A stretch of 27,369 nt of DNA. It comes from a virus. Taxonomy: Duplodnaviria > Caudoviricetes. The notes beneath the pieces were generated by a model, which was not told where the DNA came from, did no database searches, and worked only from the letters and a program-made list of their open reading frames with translations. Of the stretch, positions 1 through 8,269 are shown one piece after another. The position numbers were made by a program, and so were the translations under genes. How positions within the stretch are numbered: position 1 is the first letter of the stretch; every line of letters begins with the position of its first letter. Location of the stretch: positions 1-27,369 of IMG/VR virus record IMGVR_UViG_3300017655_000259. One strand, given 5' to 3'.

Positions 1-354
1 TCACTCCGGTTCGCCCCGACGATCGAGTACGATGTAGATCGTCGTCTCCTGGGCATTTCCTCGCCCATCTGTGGTACGTCTGGAATCGCTCATCACCTCG
101 ACCAGCACCGGGCTCTGGCCACAGGTCTGGCATTTCATGCGGCTGACGAACTCCCCTAAAGTGACATCCCATCCGTAGGTCGCGGCCATCAGCCGCGCCG
201 GGAGCGTTGCGCTCTGCTTACCGCAGGCGCAGGTCGCCGATATCCAGAAGCCGGATATCTCGTTTAGGCGAGAGGTCATGGGCATCGTCTTCGGCAACGG
301 GTCGAATGGATCGCGGAGATCGGGGAATGGGAAGGGGGGCTTGGGATCGCGCAT
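1..354 (-). CDS. Small hypothetical protein, putative Zn-binding (CxC...CxxC)
   Basis: 117-aa ORF with CACG and CQTCG motifs; divergent from 460..684 across a LexA-like box. Confidence 0.6.
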   Translation of the reverse strand: MRDPKPPFPFPDLRDPFDPLPKTMPMTSRLNEISGFWISATCACGKQSATLPARLMAATYGWDVTLGEFVSRMKCQTCGQSPVLVEVMSDSRRTTDGRGNAQETTIYIVLDRRGEPE

Positions 355-409
355 CGGCCGTGACTCGTTCAGTGATCGGGCCCATCATCTGGGCTCAGCG
401 ATACCGCTC

Positions 410-424
410 GAACGAGAAAAGAAC
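410..424. promoter_or_regulatory. Putative alphaproteobacterial LexA (SOS) box
   Basis: GAAC-GAGAAAA-GAAC is an exact GAAC-N7-GAAC match in the intergenic gap between divergent ORFs. Confidence 0.65.
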
Positions 425-459
425 AATGCCGGAGGGCAATCCCCGGCGCGGAGGTACCG

Positions 460-684
460 ATGGCCAGCAGGGCGCTGATACTGACGGAGGGGGAATTGAC
501 GGTTCTTCAGGACGCCATGAACCTCTGGCGCTTCGATCACCGCAACAAGAAGGATACCGAGACCAAGCGGGAGCGGATGTACCTTGATGGGATCCAGGAG
601 CAAATGGCCGGCCGATATCCTGATGAACGGATATCCGATCTCGTCGATATTGCCGGCAAGCTCGCCTTCGACAACATGCACTGA
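460..684 (+). CDS. Hypothetical protein
   Basis: 74-aa ORF with GGAGG RBS before the ATG. Confidence 0.65.
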   Translation: MASRALILTEGELTVLQDAMNLWRFDHRNKKDTETKRERMYLDGIQEQMAGRYPDERISDLVDIAGKLAFDNMH

Positions 685-754
685 CCCATCGTGATTCTTC
701 ACAATGGACGTCGCCGAACAGACGTCTCAAGCTGAAAGCAACATGGAGTTGCGG

Positions 755-946
755 ATGTCTGAGAATCCGTTGAGACCACCACGCATCAGTCAACTGTTGA
801 AGGCCGAGCTCGAGCTTATGGTGTCACTCGCCGCGGTGCAGGAGGAGATCAGGAAGCTGGGCTACGCCGCGCAGGAAGTCGACGATCGCTCCCTCGCCCA
901 CCTCCTGGCCGGCCCAGGAGCCGAGACCGGCGAAACGCTCAATTAG
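755..946 (+). CDS. Hypothetical protein (start 755 or 704)
   Basis: ORF 704..946; GGAG precedes ATG 755; helical, coiled-coil-like sequence. Confidence 0.5.
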   Translation: MSENPLRPPRISQLLKAELELMVSLAAVQEEIRKLGYAAQEVDDRSLAHLLAGPGAETGETLN

Positions 947-1260
947 TGCATCTTGGCAGTGGATCGAATGATCTCGTCCTTGAGCCGCTCCACGTTCTCG
1001 CTCAGATCCTGAACAACTCTGGCCTGCTTCTGCATGGCCGCGGTGGCTTCCTTGATCGAGACGGTCAGCGCTTCGACAGAGGTGGAGGCGCGGTTTAGCG
1101 CCGTGGGATCAACAATGACAGCAGCCACCTGGGCCTGAGCGGCGGCAGCAGGGACGGCCTTGGCGCCCTGCATCCACCCAAACCGGTTGATGGCGAATAT
1201 GATGGCCAGCGTCACGCCCAATGCAACCAGCGCGACGGGCGGCAGATCAGTGGGAAGCAT
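943..1260 (-). CDS. Lysis-cassette membrane protein (one TM helix plus coiled coil)
   Basis: N-terminal hydrophobic helix and heptad-like C-terminus; last gene of the lysis operon; start uncertain (1260-1287). Confidence 0.7.
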   Translation of the reverse strand: MLPTDLPPVALVALGVTLAIIFAINRFGWMQGAKAVPAAAAQAQVAAVIVDPTALNRASTSVEALTVSIKEATAAMQKQARVVQDLSENVERLKDEIIRSTAKMH

Positions 1261-1693
1261 GACTTTCTCCGGCGTCATGGGCAGCACGATAGATGTTCAC
1301 GAGCTCCACCAGGGCGAAGACCGGGTATATGGCGAGCCAGGTGCTGACGACACCGGAAAGCATGTAGCAGTAGGTGATCCCGACAAAGAGCAGGAAGCCG
1401 AAGCTCGCCGAGACTGATCGGATCCACGGGGTGACCGTTTTCCGGGCGCCGTTGATGATGAGCCCGATGATGCGGACAACGCCGAGCAGCACCATGAGCT
1501 GGCCCAACATCACCTCATCCTGGAAGATCGCCTTGAACCCGGTCCATGCCGGCTGATCGAAGGTGGCCCCGGGGAGCAGCAGCACCACTCCCCAGACCGC
1601 AGTTATCGTGGCCAGCATCCATTCTGTCATCCGGGGCCCGAACCGGTGCTGGATACGGATCCACAGGCCGGGGCCGGCGAAGTCCGGGCCCAT
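1247..1693 (-). CDS. Multi-TM membrane protein, holin candidate
   Basis: About four hydrophobic segments; ATG 1693 directly follows the upstream stop; lies in the lysis cassette. Confidence 0.7.
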   Translation of the reverse strand: MGPDFAGPGLWIRIQHRFGPRMTEWMLATITAVWGVVLLLPGATFDQPAWTGFKAIFQDEVMLGQLMVLLGVVRIIGLIINGARKTVTPWIRSVSASFGFLLFVGITYCYMLSGVVSTWLAIYPVFALVELVNIYRAAHDAGESHASH

Positions 1694-1694
1694 C

Positions 1695-2060
1695 TCAGGG
1701 CTCCCCAAGGAATTCGTGGTCGTAGCCGGTCTGCGCCTTGGCAATGGCTAGGGCCTCCTCCTTGCTGATGGTCGGCAAGTTGATCTTGGTCTTGTCGTCG
1801 GTGACGATCTGGGGGCGGGTCGTGGCCCGCCAGGACTGGAATTGCGTCCAGAGGTACCAGATCAACCCGATGGCGGCGGTGACGGTGAGCCCGCCGCCCT
1901 TCCCGGTCAGGATCGAGGAGATGGATGCCTGAGCATCGGGCGGCATTGCGGCATAGAAGGACGCCAAGGCAATTCCGACGCTCAGCAGCTCCTGGAGCCG
2001 GCGCCAGAGCCAGCCCAGCACCACATTGGAGATCAGGCTCGTGAGGATGGAAGTCAGCAT
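1695..2060 (-). CDS. Putative holin-like membrane protein
   Basis: 121 aa, 2-3 TM segments, charged C-terminus, AAGGAGG RBS, immediately after the endolysin. Confidence 0.7.
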   Translation of the reverse strand: MLTSILTSLISNVVLGWLWRRLQELLSVGIALASFYAAMPPDAQASISSILTGKGGGLTVTAAIGLIWYLWTQFQSWRATTRPQIVTDDKTKINLPTISKEEALAIAKAQTGYDHEFLGEP

Positions 2061-2070
2061 GGGCGCCTCC

Positions 2071-2787
2071 TTAGCGCAGGAAAAAGAAAGCCCCGGCGGC
2101 TGCCAGGGCGATGATGAGGATGATGATGGCGGCTGGAACGCCTCGCCGCGCCACAGGCGTGGTCACAGGCGGCGGTTTCGCCTCTGCTGGGGGCGAAGGC
2201 CTAGGAACGGGCTTCCCAGCCTTGGCAAGAGCCGCCGCAAAGGATCGCGCGTACCCGGCAATGTCGTCGGCCCGATCGAGCCCGTTCACGATGCGCCGGG
2301 CGTTGCGATAATCTGTCCCGGCGGCCGTCACGTAGTCGGCGAGCTTGCGACCCGTGAACGTGCCCAGCATCATGCCCTCGACGAGGACGCGCGCTGCAAC
2401 ATCGACCTGCTCGGTGAGCTGGGGCTCCTTGAGCAAGTCGATACCCAGGCGGCGCGACCAGTCCGAGTAGTTCCGGCGCCCAGTGATCTGCACGAAGCCG
2501 CGACCAAGGAACTTCTTGCCGTCCCCTGCCACGGTGTTCCCGAGATCGGCCCTGCCCTCATACCGTTCCTGAGCCGCCGTCGGTCCCCAGACCTCGCGCA
2601 TGAACTTGAAGCGGGCGGTCTCGTGAAAGGCAGTGGCGAGAACATAGGCGAGCTTTGCGGGATCGCCGTCGCCATACCGAGCCCATGCATCGGAGATCGC
2701 CTCGAGCGCGGCCACCTGCTCCGACGACAGCGTCCCTCCGAACAGCGATGAGCGTACCGCGTCGAAGAACGCAGCATTGAGGGCCAT
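2071..2787 (-). CDS. Endolysin, glycoside hydrolase family 19 (chitinase-like) with C-terminal TM helix
   Basis: LATAFHET, GRGFVQITGRRNY and ARRIVNG motifs; Pro-rich linker then AAIIILIIALAAAGAFFFLR; AGGAGG RBS. Confidence 0.9.
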   Translation of the reverse strand: MALNAAFFDAVRSSLFGGTLSSEQVAALEAISDAWARYGDGDPAKLAYVLATAFHETARFKFMREVWGPTAAQERYEGRADLGNTVAGDGKKFLGRGFVQITGRRNYSDWSRRLGIDLLKEPQLTEQVDVAARVLVEGMMLGTFTGRKLADYVTAAGTDYRNARRIVNGLDRADDIAGYARSFAAALAKAGKPVPRPSPPAEAKPPPVTTPVARRGVPAAIIILIIALAAAGAFFFLR

Positions 2788-2938
2788 GACGGCCTCCTAT
2801 CGATGTTGAAGTGGTGCGAAACGGCTGAAGGCGGCAACCTTTCGCCTAGCCGTCAAGTTGAGTTGCTGCCTGCTTTGAAGTAGGCGGGGCGGTGCGCGCT
2901 CAGGTCTGCCCGTCCAAGCCCTGGCCTGGTCGAACAGT

Positions 2939-2965
2939 GCGCACCGCCATTACCCGGCGGTGCGC
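2939..2965 (-). terminator. Strong hairpin downstream of the beta-propeller gene (terminator- or attenuator-like)
   Basis: GCGCACCGCC-N7-GGCGGTGCGC is a perfect 10-bp stem; no clear U-tract. Confidence 0.4.
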
Positions 2966-2995
2966 CATTTGCGGTATTTGGGTTGCTACCGTCGC

Positions 2996-4303
2996 CTACT
3001 CGATCCTAACGAAGTGCAGGTTCTCCGCCGACGTCCTGTCAAACACTTCCCGCTTGTTCGACATCGGCAGCGGCCAGATTGTAGGATCAATTGTGAAACC
3101 ATCATCGAGATTGTCGGTCTCGGCATAGCCCGTGGACTCAAGACCAAAGTCCGGCACAAACCCAAAGACCGAGAAGAGGCATTTCCACTTCCCGTCTTCA
3201 AACCAGACTTCCGATATATCGACGTTGCCGGAATGGATCTGGCAGCAATAGCACGGGCCACTCGTGCCATCGTTCCACGTATATTGCCCCTGAAAGGGAT
3301 ACCGCACCCGTAAAGTGGTTCCGTTCAGCTTCGCGTCAATGACGTTGAACTCGTAGGCGTTGGTGACTTCATACCAGACAACGATCGGCGCCCCGACATC
3401 GTAATTCGCAGTGCTGGCGACCGTTATGGTTTTGTCGCCTGCGAATATGGTTGCTGCCAACTGCTGCTTGCCCTGGCCGCGCGGCTCAATCAGTGGGTTG
3501 TTAGGGTTCTTCGTCCAGCCGGATATCGACCAGTCGCTATTCGTGGCGACACCGGACCGCCATCCGCCTACCGGCGCACCATTATTCCCGGAATAGAATA
3601 GATAATAAACGCCATCCTTCTTGAGGATGCGCCCCGTCGTGGTGAGGTAAGTACTTTCCCAACCCGTCCCCAGCCCCCAAGCCTCACCCAGGTGAGACCA
3701 GTTTACGCCATCCGCCGATCGCGCGAGGCGCAGTGACGTGCCGTTGATCCCCGATGTCGCGATGCAATAAGCCATCTTGTATGGCCACGTCGCATCGTCT
3801 GGATCGTACAGCACACTGGGGCGTTCGACTGAGGTTGCGCCAGCAATATCCGAGTACTTGATGATCGGGCCATTGTGCGCGTAACGCAGCCTCATGTTGA
3901 GGTCGTATTCTTCGAAGAAGACCTGCCACCGCGTGCCATCATAGCCCTCGTAGTAGAGTTTGATGGTGTGTTCGTCCTTGATGACTGTCGGATTGCGTTT
4001 CCCGCTTTCGTTTCCCCAGGTAGTTGTTTGTTCCGAGGTGGGGGTCGTTATCCCTCGTCGACCGAGGAAGCGCGGATCGCGTCCAATCGCGACGCCGATC
4101 TCTCCGTTATTTCCGCCGGATACGACATCCCCGCCATTGTAGACCGCGAGGTATTTGGGAGGCCGGCCTGTGACCAGCATCGCATCCTGAACTTTAGTAA
4201 GTGCCATGTCGCCCTCAGATTGATCTGCGGCTCTTGCTCGAATTCCCCCAGACGCCAAGAGAACTGATGAAGCAAGACCCGATAGTAACTCTCGTCTATT
4301 CAA
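2996..4303 (-). CDS. Five-bladed beta-propeller glycoside hydrolase-like protein (GH43/32/130-like), possible tailspike or depolymerase; starts at TTG 4303 (Tat-like leader) or ATG 4207
   Basis: Blade motifs NPTVIKD..IKLYYEG, RPSVLYD, ARSADGVNW, KKDGVYYLFYSG, WTKNPNNPLI; follows the tail fibre gene; both starts have an RBS. Confidence 0.75.
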   Translation of the reverse strand: MNRRELLSGLASSVLLASGGIRARAADQSEGDMALTKVQDAMLVTGRPPKYLAVYNGGDVVSGGNNGEIGVAIGRDPRFLGRRGITTPTSEQTTTWGNESGKRNPTVIKDEHTIKLYYEGYDGTRWQVFFEEYDLNMRLRYAHNGPIIKYSDIAGATSVERPSVLYDPDDATWPYKMAYCIATSGINGTSLRLARSADGVNWSHLGEAWGLGTGWESTYLTTTGRILKKDGVYYLFYSGNNGAPVGGWRSGVATNSDWSISGWTKNPNNPLIEPRGQGKQQLAATIFAGDKTITVASTANYDVGAPIVVWYEVTNAYEFNVIDAKLNGTTLRVRYPFQGQYTWNDGTSGPCYCCQIHSGNVDISEVWFEDGKWKCLFSVFGFVPDFGLESTGYAETDNLDDGFTIDPTIWPLPMSNKREVFDRTSAENLHFVRIE

Positions 4304-4361
4304 CCGACTGCACCTCCAGAAAGGAGCGCAGGATTGCTGAACATGTTCGAATCTGCAACCG

Positions 4362-5873
4362 CTAGATTGCCTCGCCCTCGAACCATGAATTGGCGGCGGT
4401 ACCGCCGATACTGACGGTACCGCTGGCGGCATATGCGATGGCGTAGACCTCGAAATAGTCATCGCCATTGGCGTCGACCAAGCAGGTAATCTGAACGTCC
4501 GAATTCGTTGCCGCTCCGACAGTGTCGTATCGTGTTTTGAACACCACACCGTTCTTGTAGATGAGGACGCCGATGCGCTGCCCATCTGTCGGGGTAATGA
4601 TGTGCGCCGTTGCGCTCAGCCGGTAGCGGCCGGCAGGCGGCGTGAAGCGCGACGTGGATGTGTCGTAATAGCCACCGTCATCCCACGCCTCGGTCCCAAA
4701 AGTGACTTTCGTATTGGTGTTGACCGCGACCCCAGTCTGGTTGGTGCCACCTTTGTTGGCAGAGAAGCTGATGCGCGCCAGCCCCAACGCAGCAACCTGA
4801 GTAGCAGCATCCACCGCTTGCAACAGTGCCAGCCCTGCTGCTGTGAAGTTGATTTCCTCAGGGCTGCCGGTACCTGCTGAGCTGCGCCCCAAAAGCTTGC
4901 TGGTCGCTATGTTCTGCATCTTGGCGAACGTGACGGCCTGGTCCGCGAGCTTGGAGGTGCCTACTGACCCGGTGGGCGGCAGGTCTTCGCCAGCCGAGAT
5001 GGCCAACACTCGAACCGCAACGTTCTCCTCCCCCTCAACATAGGGCCTGGGCGGTGGCGCCGAGAACGACAAGAGAGTGTCGTTGACTGAGTAGGTCGCT
5101 GGGTCTTGTAGAACCCCGTCGATTGCAACGATAAGGTGTGCCGCCGAGATCGGCGCCACGGTCAGCGTGAAGTCGGTTTCGATGCCGTCACCGGCGAAGC
5201 TCTGTGGGTAGACGCCCACCGGCCCACTCAGACCGGCGAATGCTTCGGCCTGGTCGCGGAACACCTCTGCCTCGTCTCGCGCATCCTGAGCGAGAGTCAC
5301 GTTTGCGGCGGTGCTGGCTACCGCCCCAGGATCGAAGAGAAGCTGGTAGTCCCCATTGTCGTTGAGGAAAAAGAGGTTGGCGCCAGTCCATTCCCCAGCA
5401 GCTAGCGGGCTACCCGCCGCATTCACTACATCCCTCGCAGGGCCCCCGCTGATGGCCAGCGTCATCGGGCCAGTATTCTCGGTTGCGACCACCGCGTAGA
5501 ACACTTGAATGTCGGCCGGATTGATAGCAGCGTCCGCCGTGCCGATCTGCGCGTTTGGCGTCCCGCCAGAAAGCATCACTCGCGCCAGGCTGTCGGGGAA
5601 GCCTCGCCCCCTCACCCAAACGCCAGCATCGCGAAAGTAGTAACCGTTCTTCGTCGCATCAGGATCATTGAGCACGATGCCCATATAGTTCTCGTTGGGC
5701 GGCGTGATCGTATCGAGCGCAACTTTTGATCCTACGGTGATCGCCTGGCCGTTGCCCTCCTGAATCTGGCGCAGTAACCGGCGAATGCGGGGTTTTTCTG
5801 GCTCGTATTCCCCGCTCGCCGGGAGACCGGGCGTGTTGTAGTCGCGGAAAACGGAATCAATGCTTTCGTTCAT
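4362..5873 (-). CDS. Tail fibre protein with C-terminal C1q-like domain
   Basis: N-terminal FRDY..PG.PASG.YEP.K typical of rhizobial phage fibres; KLADQAVTFAKMQN repeat-type motif; C-terminal ISFSA..VTF.TE.WD.GG.YD..TSRFTP.AG.Y C1q-like pattern. Confidence 0.8.
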   Translation of the reverse strand: MNESIDSVFRDYNTPGLPASGEYEPEKPRIRRLLRQIQEGNGQAITVGSKVALDTITPPNENYMGIVLNDPDATKNGYYFRDAGVWVRGRGFPDSLARVMLSGGTPNAQIGTADAAINPADIQVFYAVVATENTGPMTLAISGGPARDVVNAAGSPLAAGEWTGANLFFLNDNGDYQLLFDPGAVASTAANVTLAQDARDEAEVFRDQAEAFAGLSGPVGVYPQSFAGDGIETDFTLTVAPISAAHLIVAIDGVLQDPATYSVNDTLLSFSAPPPRPYVEGEENVAVRVLAISAGEDLPPTGSVGTSKLADQAVTFAKMQNIATSKLLGRSSAGTGSPEEINFTAAGLALLQAVDAATQVAALGLARISFSANKGGTNQTGVAVNTNTKVTFGTEAWDDGGYYDTSTSRFTPPAGRYRLSATAHIITPTDGQRIGVLIYKNGVVFKTRYDTVGAATNSDVQITCLVDANGDDYFEVYAIAYAASGTVSIGGTAANSWFEGEAI

Positions 5874-7966
5874 GTCACCACCTGTGCGCCCGTCGCCTCA
5901 AGGGTCGAACGGACGAAGTTTGAGCCGTTCACAGCGGCCACCCAGTAATAATAGGTCCCAGCGGCTAGCCCGACGTCGGTGTAAGCCATGTCCACCTCAG
6001 GCGACCCATAGACGGTTCCCACGAGCGTGGCCGTTCCTGAGTTATTGGTGCTATTGCGCAGCACCTGCGCGCCAATTGCGTTCGAGCTTGTCGGTTGCGT
6101 CCAAGTCAGTTCGACTTGACCAGTGGAAGGAGTGGCGATGAGATCGGTGATAGCCCCAGGAGCGCTCGTATCAGCAGTGGCGGTCACTGTGATCACAGGA
6201 TCGATCCATGGCCCAGCAACGCCGCCTGGCGATCTAGTGCGCACGCGAACGTCATAATCGACGCCGTCGTTCACCAGACCGCTCTCAGCCAGCCCAACCC
6301 CGTCCGATACCGACATCGGCACCCATGTTCCGGAGCCCGATGTTCGATACTCGACATCCTGCTCGAGGGCGGCCCGCGCCGGCTCGGTCCATGTCGCCAG
6401 AAGGAACACCCCTGTTGCTCCGCCGCCCAGGTCGCGTTGGGCGACACTGACATTTATGTCCTCGGGCGGATCGAGACTGATAGGCGATGAGGTATCAGGC
6501 GGCTGCCCAGGAGCCGTTCCCTCCTCCAGTTCCGCGTCCCAGGAATATGCGCTCTCTGCCAGCGAAGACACGGATATCTCTACACCCGTCATATCCTCCA
6601 GAAAGCGCACGCTCCTGACGAAGAACGTGGTGTCGATACCCAGCGGCGAGAACACTATCCTGACAGTCTCCTCGCCCACGGCATTGAAGCCGTAGAAGTT
6701 GGTCACGATCGTTCCCGACCACAGAGGGTTCTGCTTCCTGGTGTGGATCTTGGCCAGCCGTCGCGCGATGGCATGGCTGGGCGTCATCAAGAGGTCCAGC
6801 TGCGACGGCAGCACCACGCCACGAAGAGCAATGTTGGCACTATCCACCCACGGATCGGCTTCTGTTTCCTGATAGTCTAGGCTCGGGTCCATATAGGTAA
6901 TGGTCAGTTCATTAAACGCCGCCAATGCTCCCTGACCATGAGCGAAGTCCGCCGAGATGATATGCTCATCGGTGAGCGTAAGCCTAGGCTCCACCCATTT
7001 CCCGCCACGGATCGCTATCTTGCCGTTGGCGTCCATATAGAGATCGCCATCGCATGTCCGCAGCATGCGCGGCAGCACGTCCCTGATCTCCTCGTTCATC
7101 GCGTAGCCGCCGGCCAGGCGATAGCGTTTGGTCATTCCGCCCGTCTTCAAGGGCACCATCTCATCGCAGAGATCAGCAAACGTTTGAAACGATGCCAGGT
7201 TGATCTGGCTCTCGGAATAACCCGCACCGTATGCGAACCCAGCTCCGTCCACTCCCGTCAGGTAGTCGTAAATCACGTCGGCGGGATTTTCTGACCAGAT
7301 CAGCGCGCCGGTGCGCACCGACTTGACGATCGATGCATCCATGACGACGCGAACCGTCGGGTTTAGCTGAGGATAGACCTTTGCAATGTCCTCCTGCTTC
7401 ACCTCTTGGAAAATCGACAGGAAATGCGCAGTTCCGCGTAAACGGTGGTCTAGTGTGATCTGGGAGAACGCCGCATCCAGTTCCGAAAAAACAGTCTGGT
7501 TTGAACTGCCCATCTTGAAGAGCAGACGAGCCTTTGATGCCCCCGTCTCATGATCAAAGTAGGGCGGGGTCAGCACGTAGTTGCCAGGGTTCAACGTCAC
7601 CTGGGTATCGTTGAGCCAAATTTGCTCAATGCTGTAGATTTGCCCCTCGTTGAGCGTCACGGCTTGGTAGAGAAAGCCGTCTTTGGCCTCCAGAAACCAG
7701 ACTGTGCCGCCGACCTTTACCCTTCCGTAGAAGCGAACGCGGGCTCCAACGGACTGTCTTACCGTCGCTTGCCGTTCAGATGGTGTGGTCTGTGGCGCCG
7801 AAGAGCGCTGCCCGAGTAGGGCGTTGGAAATGAGCGACGCCCCCAAGGCCGCGGCGCCGATAATCACGCCACCAACAACCGTGGCCAAGACTGACGAGAT
7901 GGACGATAGTCCAAGGCTCAGTAGCACGTTGACGCCGATGGTCAGCGGATCGGCCTTGGCTGCACC
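5870..7966 (-). CDS. Central tail/host-specificity (J-like) protein with C-terminal FN3 domains; native start lost by deletion
   Basis: YGRVKVGG, HRLRG and WSENPA motifs and FN3 repeats. The frame stays open upstream of GTG 7927 (GAAKADPLTIGVNV) into the junction near 7970. Confidence 0.8.
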   Translation of the reverse strand, partial: GAAKADPLTIGVNVLLSLGLSSISSVLATVVGGVIIGAAALGASLISNALLGQRSSAPQTTPSERQATVRQSVGARVRFYGRVKVGGTVWFLEAKDGFLYQAVTLNEGQIYSIEQIWLNDTQVTLNPGNYVLTPPYFDHETGASKARLLFKMGSSNQTVFSELDAAFSQITLDHRLRGTAHFLSIFQEVKQEDIAKVYPQLNPTVRVVMDASIVKSVRTGALIWSENPADVIYDYLTGVDGAGFAYGAGYSESQINLASFQTFADLCDEMVPLKTGGMTKRYRLAGGYAMNEEIRDVLPRMLRTCDGDLYMDANGKIAIRGGKWVEPRLTLTDEHIISADFAHGQGALAAFNELTITYMDPSLDYQETEADPWVDSANIALRGVVLPSQLDLLMTPSHAIARRLAKIHTRKQNPLWSGTIVTNFYGFNAVGEETVRIVFSPLGIDTTFFVRSVRFLEDMTGVEISVSSLAESAYSWDAELEEGTAPGQPPDTSSPISLDPPEDINVSVAQRDLGGGATGVFLLATWTEPARAALEQDVEYRTSGSGTWVPMSVSDGVGLAESGLVNDGVDYDVRVRTRSPGGVAGPWIDPVITVTATADTSAPGAITDLIATPSTGQVELTWTQPTSSNAIGAQVLRNSTNNSGTATLVGTVYGSPEVDMAYTDVGLAAGTYYYWVAAVNGSNFVRSTLEATGAQVVT

Positions 7967-7967
7967 C

Positions 7968-8267
7968 GTAAACCGTCATTGGCCTGTTCGTGACCTGCTG
8001 CTCATTGCCGGCGGCGAAGGCGATCAACTCGCTATCGACGCCGCTCAACGTAAACGTCGCCTGGGGCGCGCTGAGATCGCGTGATTGCTCAAGTCCGGAC
8101 GCCGAGATCAACTGCCCAGAGGCATTCCATTCACGCCCATCCTGGGCCTTGAGGATGCGCATGCCGTCCCAGAACCGCACTGTCTTGGACAGAAACTCAA
8201 ACTCGAAAAGCGCAGCAACGCCCACTCGCTGCCCGGCGGCCATTGCTGCAACAGCGTTTGGAAGCAT
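7968..8267 (-). pseudogene. 5' part of a tail-tip/hub (DUF2163/gpL-like) gene truncated by deletion
   Basis: About 100 aa (F.FLSKTVRFWDG...FTLSGV...RPMTVY), then an abrupt change to sequence that is out-of-frame tail gene. Confidence 0.7.
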
Positions 8268-8269
8268 GA

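Noticed and set aside
4339-4348. GAACATGTTC palindrome before the propeller gene
   Set aside because: Does not fit the alpha LexA spacing; too short to call.
4304-4585. N-terminal extension of the 529-aa ORF
   Set aside because: Overlaps the tail-fibre C-terminus; RBS-supported starts are at 4303 and 4207.
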